Below are positions 22,889 through 33,509 of a DNA stretch of 64,000 nucleotides, one piece after another. This DNA comes from Mayamaea pseudoterrestris (lineage: Eukaryota): the NCBI GenBank assembly GCA_027923505.1, contig BROI01000008.1:992001-1056000 (forward strand), read 5' to 3'. Both the position numbers and the translations under genes were made by a program. Position 1 is the stretch's first letter, and each line of letters begins with the position of its first letter. The notes under the pieces were generated by a model that saw nothing but the letters and a program-made list of their open reading frames with translations, was not told the origin of the DNA and made no database searches.

Positions 22889-23612
22889 ATGCTTAGAAGA
22901 ACGTCTATACTAGCAGCTCGCAGCCTCGACAGCATGACTATTATAAACCGTCTTGGCGTTGCCCACCGACCTATTTTCTCGGCAAGAATGGTGCGGTCCA
23001 GTGAAGAATTGTCGCTGCGCAGAGCAACGACAAGCATCCGCCGTTTGACAACGGACTCGTCAAAAAAGACACCAAAGGCAGAATCACAAGCAGTGACGAA
23101 GACGCCGACAGATACAGGAGGTCAGCCGACGTGGCTGCAGCGATTCCTTGGTCCGAAACCGATGCCGCAGCGAAACACTTTTGCGTGGTATAGAGAAGTA
23201 GCCCTGATATGTACAGTCTTTGCAATAACAGGATCCTCAACAATGATGGTGCGTTAGTGTGTCGCTTGAACTGGTTATCGCCTGATTGTTAGGAAATATG
23301 TCGTCATCAATTGTGTCATCTTACTGACTCGCTTTTCGCTGTCGTCACACCCCACAGCTGGTTCGCCCAGCCGTCAAAAATGTTCTTGGCTTGGAAGGTT
23401 CCATGAAGGATGGTCCATGGTCGTATAGGATATGCTCTCTCATTGTCATGTCGCCCATTTATGGAGTCTTGCTCGTCTGCGTCGGTACCTTGTTTGGCAG
23501 ACACGTTTACTTTCGTCACTTTTCAGTCAAGATATTTAGCAGATTTGGCGTTCCGCCTGAAATGCTGGATAAGAATTTTCATGAGACACGCAAGCATTTC
23601 AAGCGGTGGTAA
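22889..23612 (+). CDS. DUF6787-like membrane protein with mitochondrial-type presequence (intron 23249-23357)
   Basis: VFAITGSSTMM|LVRP and MSPIYGVLLVCVGTLFGRHVYF motifs; in-frame splice. Confidence 0.6.
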
Positions 23613-24239
23613 CCTGCGAGATGATGCGTGAATGGTGAGTTGTCGGTAGTACCAGGGCGGCGATTAGCAGTCACCGCGCGGCATCAGCGGATGTGCGTTA
23701 GCTTACTGTACAGATAATGAGTACCTTTTACAAATCGTCATCGATTTAGAAAAACGTTGAATTTGCGGCGACTCGATCAGCTGCATTTATCGAGGCGAGA
23801 CAATAACGCAAAGATGGTCGAAGCATTCCGTCAAACTAAGCTCCATCGCACCAAATTCCGTCCATGACATTTGACCTACACTCTATTTTATACTAGTGGG
23901 TGTCATGGCATGAGGGCAGATACGTCAAATATTTGCAACTGTCGTGCTGCTTCTGTACAGCACTGCGATTACATGTCATTTAAGGCAGGTAGCTAGAGCG
24001 TCGTATCGGTTCTCAAAGAGAAACGCAGCGGTTTTGCCGTGGCGACAAACGCACGATGAAGTTCATCAAAAATGTCCGGCCGTCGTCTTCTCCTCTGCCA
24101 CAGATTGCGATCATTTGGCTGGCGATGAATTGGTGCTAACATTTTCGAATTACTCCACCATCTCTCTTATAAGTCTTGAGAGTAGTTACTACTAATCAAA
24201 GTCTGTCCGGAGTCCATTTGCCACACCTCGGCTTGTACG

Positions 24240-25301
24240 ATGAGTTCCAGAGCCAGAGGCCACGCAAGTGGGAACGCTTCCGGCTCCGCCAATGAGGGTC
24301 AAGTTGCTGCTCAAGCACCGCAGCAGAATCAAAACGGCGAGTTGGAAAATCTTTTAGACGACATGTGGTCAAAGGCGACTCATGATATAAATTGCATTGC
24401 GCCAGGTATGTACTCGATGGTTGACCCTGATGTGCCCTCCGACAGTCGTCAGTCCACTCCATCCAAGGACTGTTTGACTCACACATTGCTTGTTTCCGGT
24501 ATACTTTTCATGTCGGCAGAGGCGGAAAACTGGAAGATACAAGCTTTACCTTTGGCTCGGATCAAGAAGATTATGAAAAGCGAAGAGTTTGTCATGCAAG
24601 AAATGGAGAAGGATCGTTGTATACAACAAGGGATTGATCCAGACGAGAAAACATCCATCAAGTTCATGATTTCGGCCGAAGCACCGCTAGTGATGAGCAA
24701 AGCTTGTGAGCTTCTCATCCGAGAGCTATCCGTAAGAGCTTGGCAGCATACAGCAAGGAATCGACGGAGGACGTTGCAGCGACAAGACATACACGCAGCT
24801 GTCGGCGAGAGTGACGTGTACGACTTTCTGATAGATATTATCCCGCGTGTCGCCACACATCGTCTACCGGCACCTAATGCTGTACCGGTAGACATGTCAC
24901 AAGTGGGCCAAGCATTAGTTGTGCAAAACTTTGGCATACCGCCAGGTCAGATGAATATCAACTTGCCAGCGGCCATGCTTCAACACGCAGGAAATATAAC
25001 TAGCGGGGCACCTAGCCAGGTTGACTTTAACGCCATACTGGAGCAGCATCACCAACAATTAAATCCTGAACAGCTCATGCAGCTTGGCTATCCCGTCCAG
25101 CTACCAAACCTGACTGCTCATACTGACAACGCCAATGGCCAACAGCAGCAGAACCATAATAACGGAGCGCAGCAACAGCCATCATTACAACAGCTAGCTC
25201 AAGCGCAGCAACAAGCAATAGCAGCTGCAAGCAGGATGCAGCTACAACAACAGCAGCAGCATCAATCGGACCAACAGCCATCGCAATGGTCCAATCCATA
25301 G
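24240..25301 (+). CDS. NF-YC/HAP5-like histone-fold transcription factor with Gln-rich tail (probable intron 24406-24519)
   Basis: LPLARIKKIMK, MISAEAPLVMSKACELLIRELS and RRTLQRQDIHAAVGESDVYDFLIDIIPR. Confidence 0.9.
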   Translation: MSSRARGHASGNASGSANEGQVAAQAPQQNQNGELENLLDDMWSKATHDINCIAPGMYSMVDPDVPSDSRQSTPSKDCLTHTLLVSGILFMSAEAENWKIQALPLARIKKIMKSEEFVMQEMEKDRCIQQGIDPDEKTSIKFMISAEAPLVMSKACELLIRELSVRAWQHTARNRRRTLQRQDIHAAVGESDVYDFLIDIIPRVATHRLPAPNAVPVDMSQVGQALVVQNFGIPPGQMNINLPAAMLQHAGNITSGAPSQVDFNAILEQHHQQLNPEQLMQLGYPVQLPNLTAHTDNANGQQQQNHNNGAQQQPSLQQLAQAQQQAIAAASRMQLQQQQQHQSDQQPSQWSNP

Positions 25302-25622
25302 AGGGGGCCTGCCCAATGAGTTCGCGCAGACGATTTGCGCGTTTACTCATGGGGCTTACGCTAGTAGACTACCGTATATCATTTTAATTGGGAGTTACAT
25401 TTCTGTCCGTGCTGTTTTAGCATATTTACAATCTCACTGATGGAAAGCGATCTACTGTCGAGCTTGGCGAGCGTATATAGAAAGTTGCATCCTCAAGCGC
25501 TACATGAACGAATTTTGCAGAATAGCGCAACACGTACTAAAAAGCAGAGACCTTCACCGCAAATTTAAACATGTTACTAATCAAGATCGAAAACAGCAAA
25601 GATACATAGTCCGCTGTCCACT

Positions 25623-26524
25623 CTACATGCCGAAAAAATCATTCAAAAGCGATTTAACATTCCGTAGCCGAACCTTTTCCGCCGATCCACTGGCTGCCAA
25701 AATTTCATGAGGACTCTTGTGATGCCGATGTAGCCGCGATTCGGGTGATCTCGAAGCAGAAGCGGCAGTTCGTTCGCCTCGATCAGTCGTTGGCTGCTGC
25801 TGACGAACGTTGCGCGTGGACCCTCGAATGGGTTCATGATCGTACTACAAACGCGCCAAACATAACGTTGAGACATGAATTGCGCAGACAGATAATACTT
25901 GTTTAAAGAGAAAGCCCATTTTGGATTGATCTTGCTTACCTTGCGCTGCAGCATGCGATGAATATCTTGATCTTTTCGCACCACTTGATCAATCAACCTA
26001 GAATTCTTCGTCTGCTCCACCTGCACGACTCCCTTCCAATGATCCCTGTCTTTTGATAGCTCGTCGAATCTGTTTGCCCATTCTCGTTCTCGCGACTCCA
26101 GTGTTTTCTCCAGTTCCTTGCGTCGGTTGCTTTCCGATTCTAGTCGAGCCTCCAAGTCTCCGTGCACGCGTTCCAGTTCAACCAATCGTCGCTGCTGGCT
26201 TTCAATGATCCGCGCATATGCTTTGATCTCTTGCACTTCTTCTGTGACTAGTCGTTCAAAGAGTGGCGTCGGTTGCTTGGGGCTGGTGTTGGAGGTATTT
26301 GTGGCGGCAGCAGCAGCCATATTGTTGGCGTAGTTGGAGTAATTTTGCATTTGAAAAATTTGAGCATTATCGTCTTCATTGTGCTCCTGGTGTCTATTAA
26401 CTCCATTGGATGACAAGGAGGAAGAACCTCTATTTACATTTTGTCGTATTTTGGCGTCGTTCTTGCGATGTGCATCTGTTTGTAAATCTGGCGCCGCTAC
26501 AGCCTTCTCACTACTTGCCGGCAT
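25623..26524 (-). CDS. Hypothetical coiled-coil protein (intron 25845-25939)
   Basis: Charged heptad region. An in-frame GT-AG splice leads to the ...NDFFGM stop. Confidence 0.6.
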
Positions 26525-27098
26525 CGTGCTCCAATGTATTAAGCGTACAAGTAAGTTGATGTGACTGACAGGCACTTTTGCACAAGTTTGACGAACTTGA
26601 ACTACGATGCTGTTCGAAAAACTATCGGTTGTTGGAACGCTCGAGGCTCGAAGAAGTACTCCTTCACTCCGCCTGATTTCTAGCAACAAAGATTCTCTCG
26701 ATATGAACTTGTCAACGATATGGCTGCGCAAGCTTATCTTGCTCTTGCTGAAAGCTCGGCTGCCGACAAGACTTGCAAGAAGCCCATTCCTTCGCTGCTT
26801 CGCAGTTACAGCAGCAGCAGTTCAATTTCGCCGCGCTCGTCACACCTTCCCGTGCGTCGACAAAGATTTTAGTGCCGTTGCGATGCAATCGCCTCTCTTG
26901 AACAAGGTCTCTATCATATATGTACGCATCTACGCACGGTACGTACTGTGTTGGAAAACCTATGATAGACTGTAGTTCTAGTATGAATATCTAGTACCCA
27001 ACGGTAGTCTGGCACCAAAATGTTTACAAACAATGCAGAATGGACTCAGATACTGTATACGTCGGCCAATGAGGAAATGCACCGAGCTCTCCCTTTCT

Positions 27099-27872
27099 TC
27101 AAAAGAAATCACCAGAACCAGCAGAACTTGGCCCGCCATCGCTTCGATCATTGTACGACTTGCCACCACTATTACCCGACCGACTTCGTCGAGCTTCCGC
27201 TTCGTCTTTGCTTTCCAGTATATCAAAGTCTCGAACAATTATTTTTGCCTTGTTTCTCAATTCGCCAGTCGCCCTATCCGTCCACTCGTCAATCTGCAAG
27301 CTTCCTATTACACTAACATGCGTCCCTCGATCAACATACTTGGAGACAAACTCGGCAGTGCTTCCCCATATCTCCAAGGCATACCAGTCCGTTTCCTCTT
27401 GGCCCCATTGAAGGTTGCTTGCTTGTCGTTCCAGCGAATGGTACTTGCGCTTGGTCGCTAGTGATAGATTGACAACCACCTTGCCGTCGTCAAAGTAACG
27501 GGGCTCGGGGTCGTTACCAATGCGTCCGGTCAAGTGAATCGTGTTAAACTTGGCGACTCCTTCGTCCCATGGTCCCATGTGTGCTTCAAGATCGGAATCT
27601 GACATGGAGTACGTGTCGGAAGGATCGGAGGGAGACTCGTAACTTGACGACGAAGAAGCTTGTCCATACTCCTCATAGTCATCGTCGAGGACAAACGACC
27701 GAGTGCTGGCGAGCCGAGTTGTGGATTGAACGGTTGTTGCATGAAATTCTCGGCTTATTGCAACATCTATCTTGCTGTGTTTCGTCCCAAATTTGCTGCT
27801 ACAGCTCCATCCATGTGCGACATTTAGAGACAAGAGGATCCCAATAATTGTACATGCGGCATGATTCCACAT
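27099..27872 (-). CDS. ssb: Bacterial-type single-stranded DNA-binding protein, organelle-targeted
   Basis: NTIHLTGRIGNDPE, ETDWYALEIWG and VSVIGSLQIDEWTD; Gly/Ser linker and DFF tip; N-terminal signal peptide. Confidence 0.9.
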   Translation of the reverse strand: MWNHAACTIIGILLSLNVAHGWSCSSKFGTKHSKIDVAISREFHATTVQSTTRLASTRSFVLDDDYEEYGQASSSSSYESPSDPSDTYSMSDSDLEAHMGPWDEGVAKFNTIHLTGRIGNDPEPRYFDDGKVVVNLSLATKRKYHSLERQASNLQWGQEETDWYALEIWGSTAEFVSKYVDRGTHVSVIGSLQIDEWTDRATGELRNKAKIIVRDFDILESKDEAEARRSRSGNSGGKSYNDRSDGGPSSAGSGDFF

Positions 27873-28155
27873 GATGGCAATGAATGTGGTGTGAGAGCGA
27901 GGGAACACTTTTGCGAGTGCTTGGCCATGGTGGATGGATCTCGACGCCATCCCGGGAGTAGCGCTACGACAGTTGCTGCGGTACTAAAAAGGCGATGGGC
28001 GTCACGGATTCGATGGATCGATCCCACGAGCAACAAACATCACGATCTTCTCTTTGAATTCGGCACCTCTTGTGTTGACCGCACACTTTGTACATACATC
28101 ACTGGCGCACTAAAGCAGACAAAAGCATATGCAAGAAAGCGACTGACTAGACAAT

Positions 28156-29781
28156 ATGGATCGTCAATTTCCATCGATTAACGGAATTCTCGTTTTGTTC
28201 CTTCTACGGCCAGATCGCATCGACGGATGGATACCATCACAGTCACAGGCCGTAACAAAATCCTTTCACACTTCCTCGTCTACTCGCCTTTTTAGCGAGT
28301 CTTCCTGGTCGACAACAGATGATTGGAATGGTCTTTCAAAGGCTGAAAGTGCTGACAACAATCTCCCTTTTGGGCTCATTCATCAAATTGACAGCCCAGA
28401 AAAGATTCCATCTGCCGAGGAACAGTGGCTACAAGATACAGTGGATGCAATATTCAATGATAAAGCAGATAGCAATGAATCTAGCGAGACTAGTCAGCAG
28501 AAGAACAGTCTGCCTGCTTCTTTTGAGGACGACATGGGCGACGAAATTGCACTATTGATTCGCTGCAATGAACAACCACAATCCATGCTCGTGCAGGAAG
28601 GACGGGCTCTGCCGCCATTGACGAATGCTGAGCGATTCCATCCTTCACAACTGGTGGAGCGGTTTGTCGGTGAACAGTGGGTTTCATCCAAATTCCTAGA
28701 CCGCAGCGTCAATAAAATGTTTGACTTGCACGCCAAAACTGCCACAACGCGCAATAATGACGAAAAGATCAAGGTCATGGATGCTAAATCGGTTGCCTCT
28801 TGGTTTCAGCAGTGCCTTCAGCCAGCGCAAGCGATTGGACCCCATGACCAGCGAGTGTTGAGTATTCTTGCAGCCTACTCTTCGTATGGAACTGGATACT
28901 TGACGCTGGATGACTTGAAGCGACTTTATCTACTAGCGCTTGTTGGTGAGAAACAAAGTGAATGCAACTCTTCCGAGGACATTGTCAAGCGACGATCCGA
29001 CGCCTTAAAATCTGTTTGGCGAGACTTGAAACATCATGGGATTCTTCCGCCGCTGGACGTGGAACGGGCTCGCATGCAGCTCGAGATGGTGCTTACTCAT
29101 GAGCCGACAACTCACTTTAGTTCACACAATAGCATGGACGAATGTGAACTCGTTTACGAAAAACTCGGAGATGACCGCGTCAAGAAGAGTAGCCATAAGC
29201 TCGTGGAGCTGGCATCGGATAAGGAGACACCGCTTTGGATTAATGACGGCGAGTTCATCTTCATCGACGAAGATTCGTGCATTGGATGTACCAATTGCGC
29301 ATTGGCCGCTCCTGGTAGTTTTGAAATACTTAGCGACGATGGACGAGCGCGTACATTTGATCAGCGTCCACGTAGTCCAGATATTGTGGCTGCCATTGCG
29401 GCTTGTCCGGTGGACTGCATGCATGACGTATCATTCGACGAGCTGAAGGAACTTGAGACTGCTCGGGATGAAGGTGATGGTCGAGAGGATCATCGCCACT
29501 TTGGCAGCAGCAAGGCACGGGGCACGGTTGCGCGAAAGCCACTTCACGTACAACGCAGGGAGAGTGACGCTAGTCACAGGAGCAGCTGGTATCACTATTT
29601 GAAAGATAAGTGCTGCAAAAGCTCTGCTTGTCCAGAGAGAGGGTGCTTTGACTGTCCGTCGTACAAGAACGGAAGCAATCCCTTCTTCCAAAAGCGCGTT
29701 CGCAAAGCAACACACATCAGATCGAAACATTTCATCGATATGGGAGTGGCGAATTCGTATAGAAAGACAGCAGATTTGTAA
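28156..29781 (+). CDS. Plastid-type protein with a ferredoxin-like Fe-S domain (as in DnaJ-Fer proteins), no J-domain seen
   Basis: FIDEDSCIGCTNC...GRAR...AIAACPVDCMH plus an extra C-terminal Cys cluster. Confidence 0.75.
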   Translation: MDRQFPSINGILVLFLLRPDRIDGWIPSQSQAVTKSFHTSSSTRLFSESSWSTTDDWNGLSKAESADNNLPFGLIHQIDSPEKIPSAEEQWLQDTVDAIFNDKADSNESSETSQQKNSLPASFEDDMGDEIALLIRCNEQPQSMLVQEGRALPPLTNAERFHPSQLVERFVGEQWVSSKFLDRSVNKMFDLHAKTATTRNNDEKIKVMDAKSVASWFQQCLQPAQAIGPHDQRVLSILAAYSSYGTGYLTLDDLKRLYLLALVGEKQSECNSSEDIVKRRSDALKSVWRDLKHHGILPPLDVERARMQLEMVLTHEPTTHFSSHNSMDECELVYEKLGDDRVKKSSHKLVELASDKETPLWINDGEFIFIDEDSCIGCTNCALAAPGSFEILSDDGRARTFDQRPRSPDIVAAIAACPVDCMHDVSFDELKELETARDEGDGREDHRHFGSSKARGTVARKPLHVQRRESDASHRSSWYHYLKDKCCKSSACPERGCFDCPSYKNGSNPFFQKRVRKATHIRSKHFIDMGVANSYRKTADL

Positions 29782-29794
29782 AGTCTATATATTG

Positions 29795-29890
29795 ATAAAT
29801 AAATAAATAACGAGACGTTTATATTAATACTGCTATCACAGAATGGCTCCTCCTGCCTTGAGCAGGTGAGAACATAATAGACCCACAGTC
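29795..29890 (-). mobile_element. Short (TATT)n-tailed retroposed element, copy 1
   Basis: Reverse complement of 56936-57023 with 2 mismatches; flanked by a 19-bp imperfect direct repeat (29778-29796 / 29891-29909). Confidence 0.8.
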
Positions 29891-29940
29891 GTAAAGTGTA
29901 TATAATGATTTATGTAATTAACTATGACAATGTCTTTAAC

Positions 29941-32900
29941 CTACTGGCTCGGCTGAAGATTTTCGTCACGGCGATGCCGTTCTCGACTGCGGCGGCCGTC
30001 GCTATTGTTGTTACTTTGCATTGCAACAGCAGCCATCCCCACTACAGCTCCAACCACAGCAAGTCCGCCTCCAAGCTGCATCCAAATGTTATCTCCACTA
30101 GCTTGTGACTCGCCTGAAAATACATGCTGGGAGCCTGTTGACGGCACCGGTGGATATATAATTGCAGATTCTGAGTCGATATCGACAACTTGAGACCTTG
30201 ATCCGGACTCATGGTTATTACTAATCGGCTCGTACATTTCTTCGGTAAGCCCATTTGTGCAGCGTTCACTCTCCAGTGCTGCCTGATCGTCCGATAAGCT
30301 CGGCACACAGACGTCACCATGCGGATTGCGTGTCTCATCCGTCGATTCGCCCCCCATGCAATTGTTGTCCATCGCCAACATCCCGGCGCGTTCGTCAATC
30401 AAAATGAGACCCTCCAAAGTTCTTTTTGTGGCCTCACGCCAACCTCTATCAGACAGACCCTCCGACTTTAATTTCGAGAGCCTCTCACACAAATCGTTCT
30501 TCTCGACTTGGTCAGTTAACTGCCGCGATGATGCAGCTGCAATCAAGTCCATGATTTCGGACACAAGCTTCTGATCCTGTGCACAATTGCCTTCCACAGC
30601 ACGGTCATTGGACCTCTCAGGACTTTTGGAAGCACTGATAACCATTTCTTCGTGCAAAACGGTGGATTGGATACGAGGGGAAACAGTCGTACTATCGTCC
30701 CTTGCATCAAGATTATTGTTAGAAACATCAGTAGCTTCCGTGTTACTGCTATCAAGCTCTTCAATGAGAACTGTCGACTGTGTATGAGTAGATACCGAAA
30801 CATTTTCCTCCCTTCCCCACAACCAACCTCGGCCAACTGCAACAGATACAAAGCCGAAAACTGGAGGCAGAAAGTGACTAGCATTTTCATCCTCCATCAA
30901 AATTTGTAGGTTCTTGGTCACTTTGCGGCTATTTTCAACTGCTCGAATTGCCGCGCTAGTGTATTTGGTTTCGCGCATGTTCGGCTCTCGCGCTGCTCGA
31001 GCACGCTGTATGATAAGTTCCTTCGCAATAACGCCAGCGCCATGCATCCATCCGTGCGACGCCACTTGGTAACCAAACTCCGCCAAAGACATGATGTTTT
31101 GTGCAAAGTCAATTGCGGCAGTCGTTGTCTGGACACATCGAGCAGCAATGAGCCCCATTTCAAGCGCAGCGACAGACGAGACAACATTCATCCACACACC
31201 AAGCAGAGTCGGGGGTCGGTGCAAAGAGAGCTTATCGGTACTTAATAGTATCACCATTGGGTCTACATTTTCAAGGAACAGAGCTTCAGGTCCAGCGCCG
31301 AAGCCGCCAGTGTTAATTTCTGGCTTATTAGCAGCGCGCTTGCAAGATTCGCTCCAATTCTTACAGCGAAATAGTTCAAAGGCAATAAACGGAAGTAGAG
31401 CCACTGTCGAGACAAAACTTCCAGACTGCGCAAAAATGAGTTCCCATAGTAGAGCAAGAAGTGCTGGGCATCGTCGAGCAACAGACAGCAAAATAGCCAT
31501 TTCACGGGACGGTGGAAAGCTCTCGACCGCCTTTTTGTATGCCATGACGGCAGGCTTGGCATGCGCATCCAAATCCATTGACGCTAACATGGTCTGAAAG
31601 TCACTCACAGATCCCGGTGAAGGAGAAGATGAAGACGATGCTGGCATAGAGGATGTGTACTGCTGATGTTGATTGCTGCTTTCGTGAACAACAAGACTCT
31701 CGCTGCGCTGATCTCCCGGTTCGTGAATCGACTCACTGCCGGCATTGCCATTTTGAAGTATATCAACTTCAGTTCGAATTTGCTCCGACGTCACGGTAAG
31801 CATTGGAAGAAGTTCATTCCAAGTAAGTTGTCGTTCCGGTGGCACCGTCACAAGGGACATGTTACGACCGACGGCACCGGATGTGCGAGGTGCCGGGGTT
31901 GCTGTCGATGGACCAGCAGTCGACCCTGCAGATTGTTGCTGCGTACTTCCCCAATAATCAACCAGCCACCGCAGCATGGCAAGCTGCAGCATCTCATCCT
32001 GTGATATCGACTCGCTGACGGAAGCAAGAGCATCTCGCAGTGACATGCGCAAAGCGTTATGAATGGCTTGACTGCACCATTCATAACTATCATCGACACT
32101 GTGCAGCAATAAAATACCAGTTGCCACAAAGAACGGAGCGACGAGCACCGGAATCTTCCATATATCAAACTGAATAATTGTCACCACAAATAGGGCCGAT
32201 CCGTACAAACAAACGAGTCCAATATGCGTACATTCTCGCGGTGACTTGTCCAACTTGATATAGGCCGCGCCCATGACAGCAGCAATCAAACCTGAGATTG
32301 TTAAGTGATAAATGAAGCCCCATGAAGCTTCAACCCGAATCTGCGACAAGAACTGAATAGTTCGTACTTCAAGGAGAGTGGGGATAAACAGGCAAAGGCA
32401 AACAACTTTTCGCAGAGCCGACGGATCGAAATCGCCGAGTGCGTCGGCGAGCTTTGAAGGATTCTGCAACGCATGGATAGCTCGCTCCAGCTTGACTGGT
32501 ACGTATGACGGGTTCAAGTAGAAGAATGGTACCAAAATCAAAGCTGGCACAACAAAGAGACGAGGATACCAAAGGAACGCCGTCGAAAGGAGTAAAACCT
32601 TGGTAACCAACCCCAGCAGTATCAATATTAAAGCCAGTCTGATTCTCGCATCAAGATCCCATATTTCATTCACCAAATATCTAAGAAATCGACTCCATAA
32701 TAAATGCAGCGGATGCTTCATCAGCTTGTCCTTTAGTTGCCGTTTGCTCTCCAATCGTTGACTGACAGCAAGAATGCGCGATTGATTATGGTTCGTGAGA
32801 TTAGCCGTCCTATAAGGCCCAGCTGCAAGCATTAATGCCGTTGATACTTCGTTCTGGCACTCGTCGCTCGCGTTCATTTCTTCGATCACATGGTTTCTGT

Positions 32901-33012
32901 ATGTATTCATAGTTGATTCGGCAGCAGACTGCAATTGCCGGTCCGCTAATCCAATCGTGCTCGTGGGCTGCTCTCCGAGCGATTCCCATTCTCCGTCATC
33001 CAAAGGCTCCAT
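29941..33012 (-). CDS. Hypothetical multi-pass membrane protein (1023 aa)
   Basis: Uninterrupted 3-kb ORF with several hydrophobic segments; no family recognised. Confidence 0.75.
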   Translation of the reverse strand: MEPLDDGEWESLGEQPTSTIGLADRQLQSAAESTMNTYRNHVIEEMNASDECQNEVSTALMLAAGPYRTANLTNHNQSRILAVSQRLESKRQLKDKLMKHPLHLLWSRFLRYLVNEIWDLDARIRLALILILLGLVTKVLLLSTAFLWYPRLFVVPALILVPFFYLNPSYVPVKLERAIHALQNPSKLADALGDFDPSALRKVVCLCLFIPTLLEVRTIQFLSQIRVEASWGFIYHLTISGLIAAVMGAAYIKLDKSPRECTHIGLVCLYGSALFVVTIIQFDIWKIPVLVAPFFVATGILLLHSVDDSYEWCSQAIHNALRMSLRDALASVSESISQDEMLQLAMLRWLVDYWGSTQQQSAGSTAGPSTATPAPRTSGAVGRNMSLVTVPPERQLTWNELLPMLTVTSEQIRTEVDILQNGNAGSESIHEPGDQRSESLVVHESSNQHQQYTSSMPASSSSSPSPGSVSDFQTMLASMDLDAHAKPAVMAYKKAVESFPPSREMAILLSVARRCPALLALLWELIFAQSGSFVSTVALLPFIAFELFRCKNWSESCKRAANKPEINTGGFGAGPEALFLENVDPMVILLSTDKLSLHRPPTLLGVWMNVVSSVAALEMGLIAARCVQTTTAAIDFAQNIMSLAEFGYQVASHGWMHGAGVIAKELIIQRARAAREPNMRETKYTSAAIRAVENSRKVTKNLQILMEDENASHFLPPVFGFVSVAVGRGWLWGREENVSVSTHTQSTVLIEELDSSNTEATDVSNNNLDARDDSTTVSPRIQSTVLHEEMVISASKSPERSNDRAVEGNCAQDQKLVSEIMDLIAAASSRQLTDQVEKNDLCERLSKLKSEGLSDRGWREATKRTLEGLILIDERAGMLAMDNNCMGGESTDETRNPHGDVCVPSLSDDQAALESERCTNGLTEEMYEPISNNHESGSRSQVVDIDSESAIIYPPVPSTGSQHVFSGESQASGDNIWMQLGGGLAVVGAVVGMAAVAMQSNNNSDGRRSRERHRRDENLQPSQ

Positions 33013-33509
33013 TCTTTTTTTAGTATCCGAGATGCACTATTTATGCTTACGCTTGTACTGATTGCTATTCGGCCACCGTAGTCCCAGATTGCTCCATGTT
33101 CGTTGTTGTGATGATGTTGTGTGATCGATGGAAAGCGAGGACGAGAATCGTGTTAAGAGAACCGGTACGACGTTTGATAACCGCTCCGACGAAACGAATG
33201 CGAAGCGACGACGAAACGTGACCACAATCGGTTCATCAATCGCACCTCAGTTACACTACACATTGTACCGGGATCACAAATATGCGCATTGCTTGCGCGG
33301 CAAAGAACCTCGTCGTAGCTTTACGGATGGTAATACAAACATACGCAAATGCGCTTGTGCAAGGTAGTAGATGTCGCACGGTTATTGCGCAGCGCACGTG
33401 AAGAGGACGACGTCATCATGTCGCAACGGCAGAGCCTCAATTAATGTCGTGAAGCATGTTCGGATAGATCCTACCACAATAATCATGCCATCTCAAAAAA
33501 CATTTGGCC

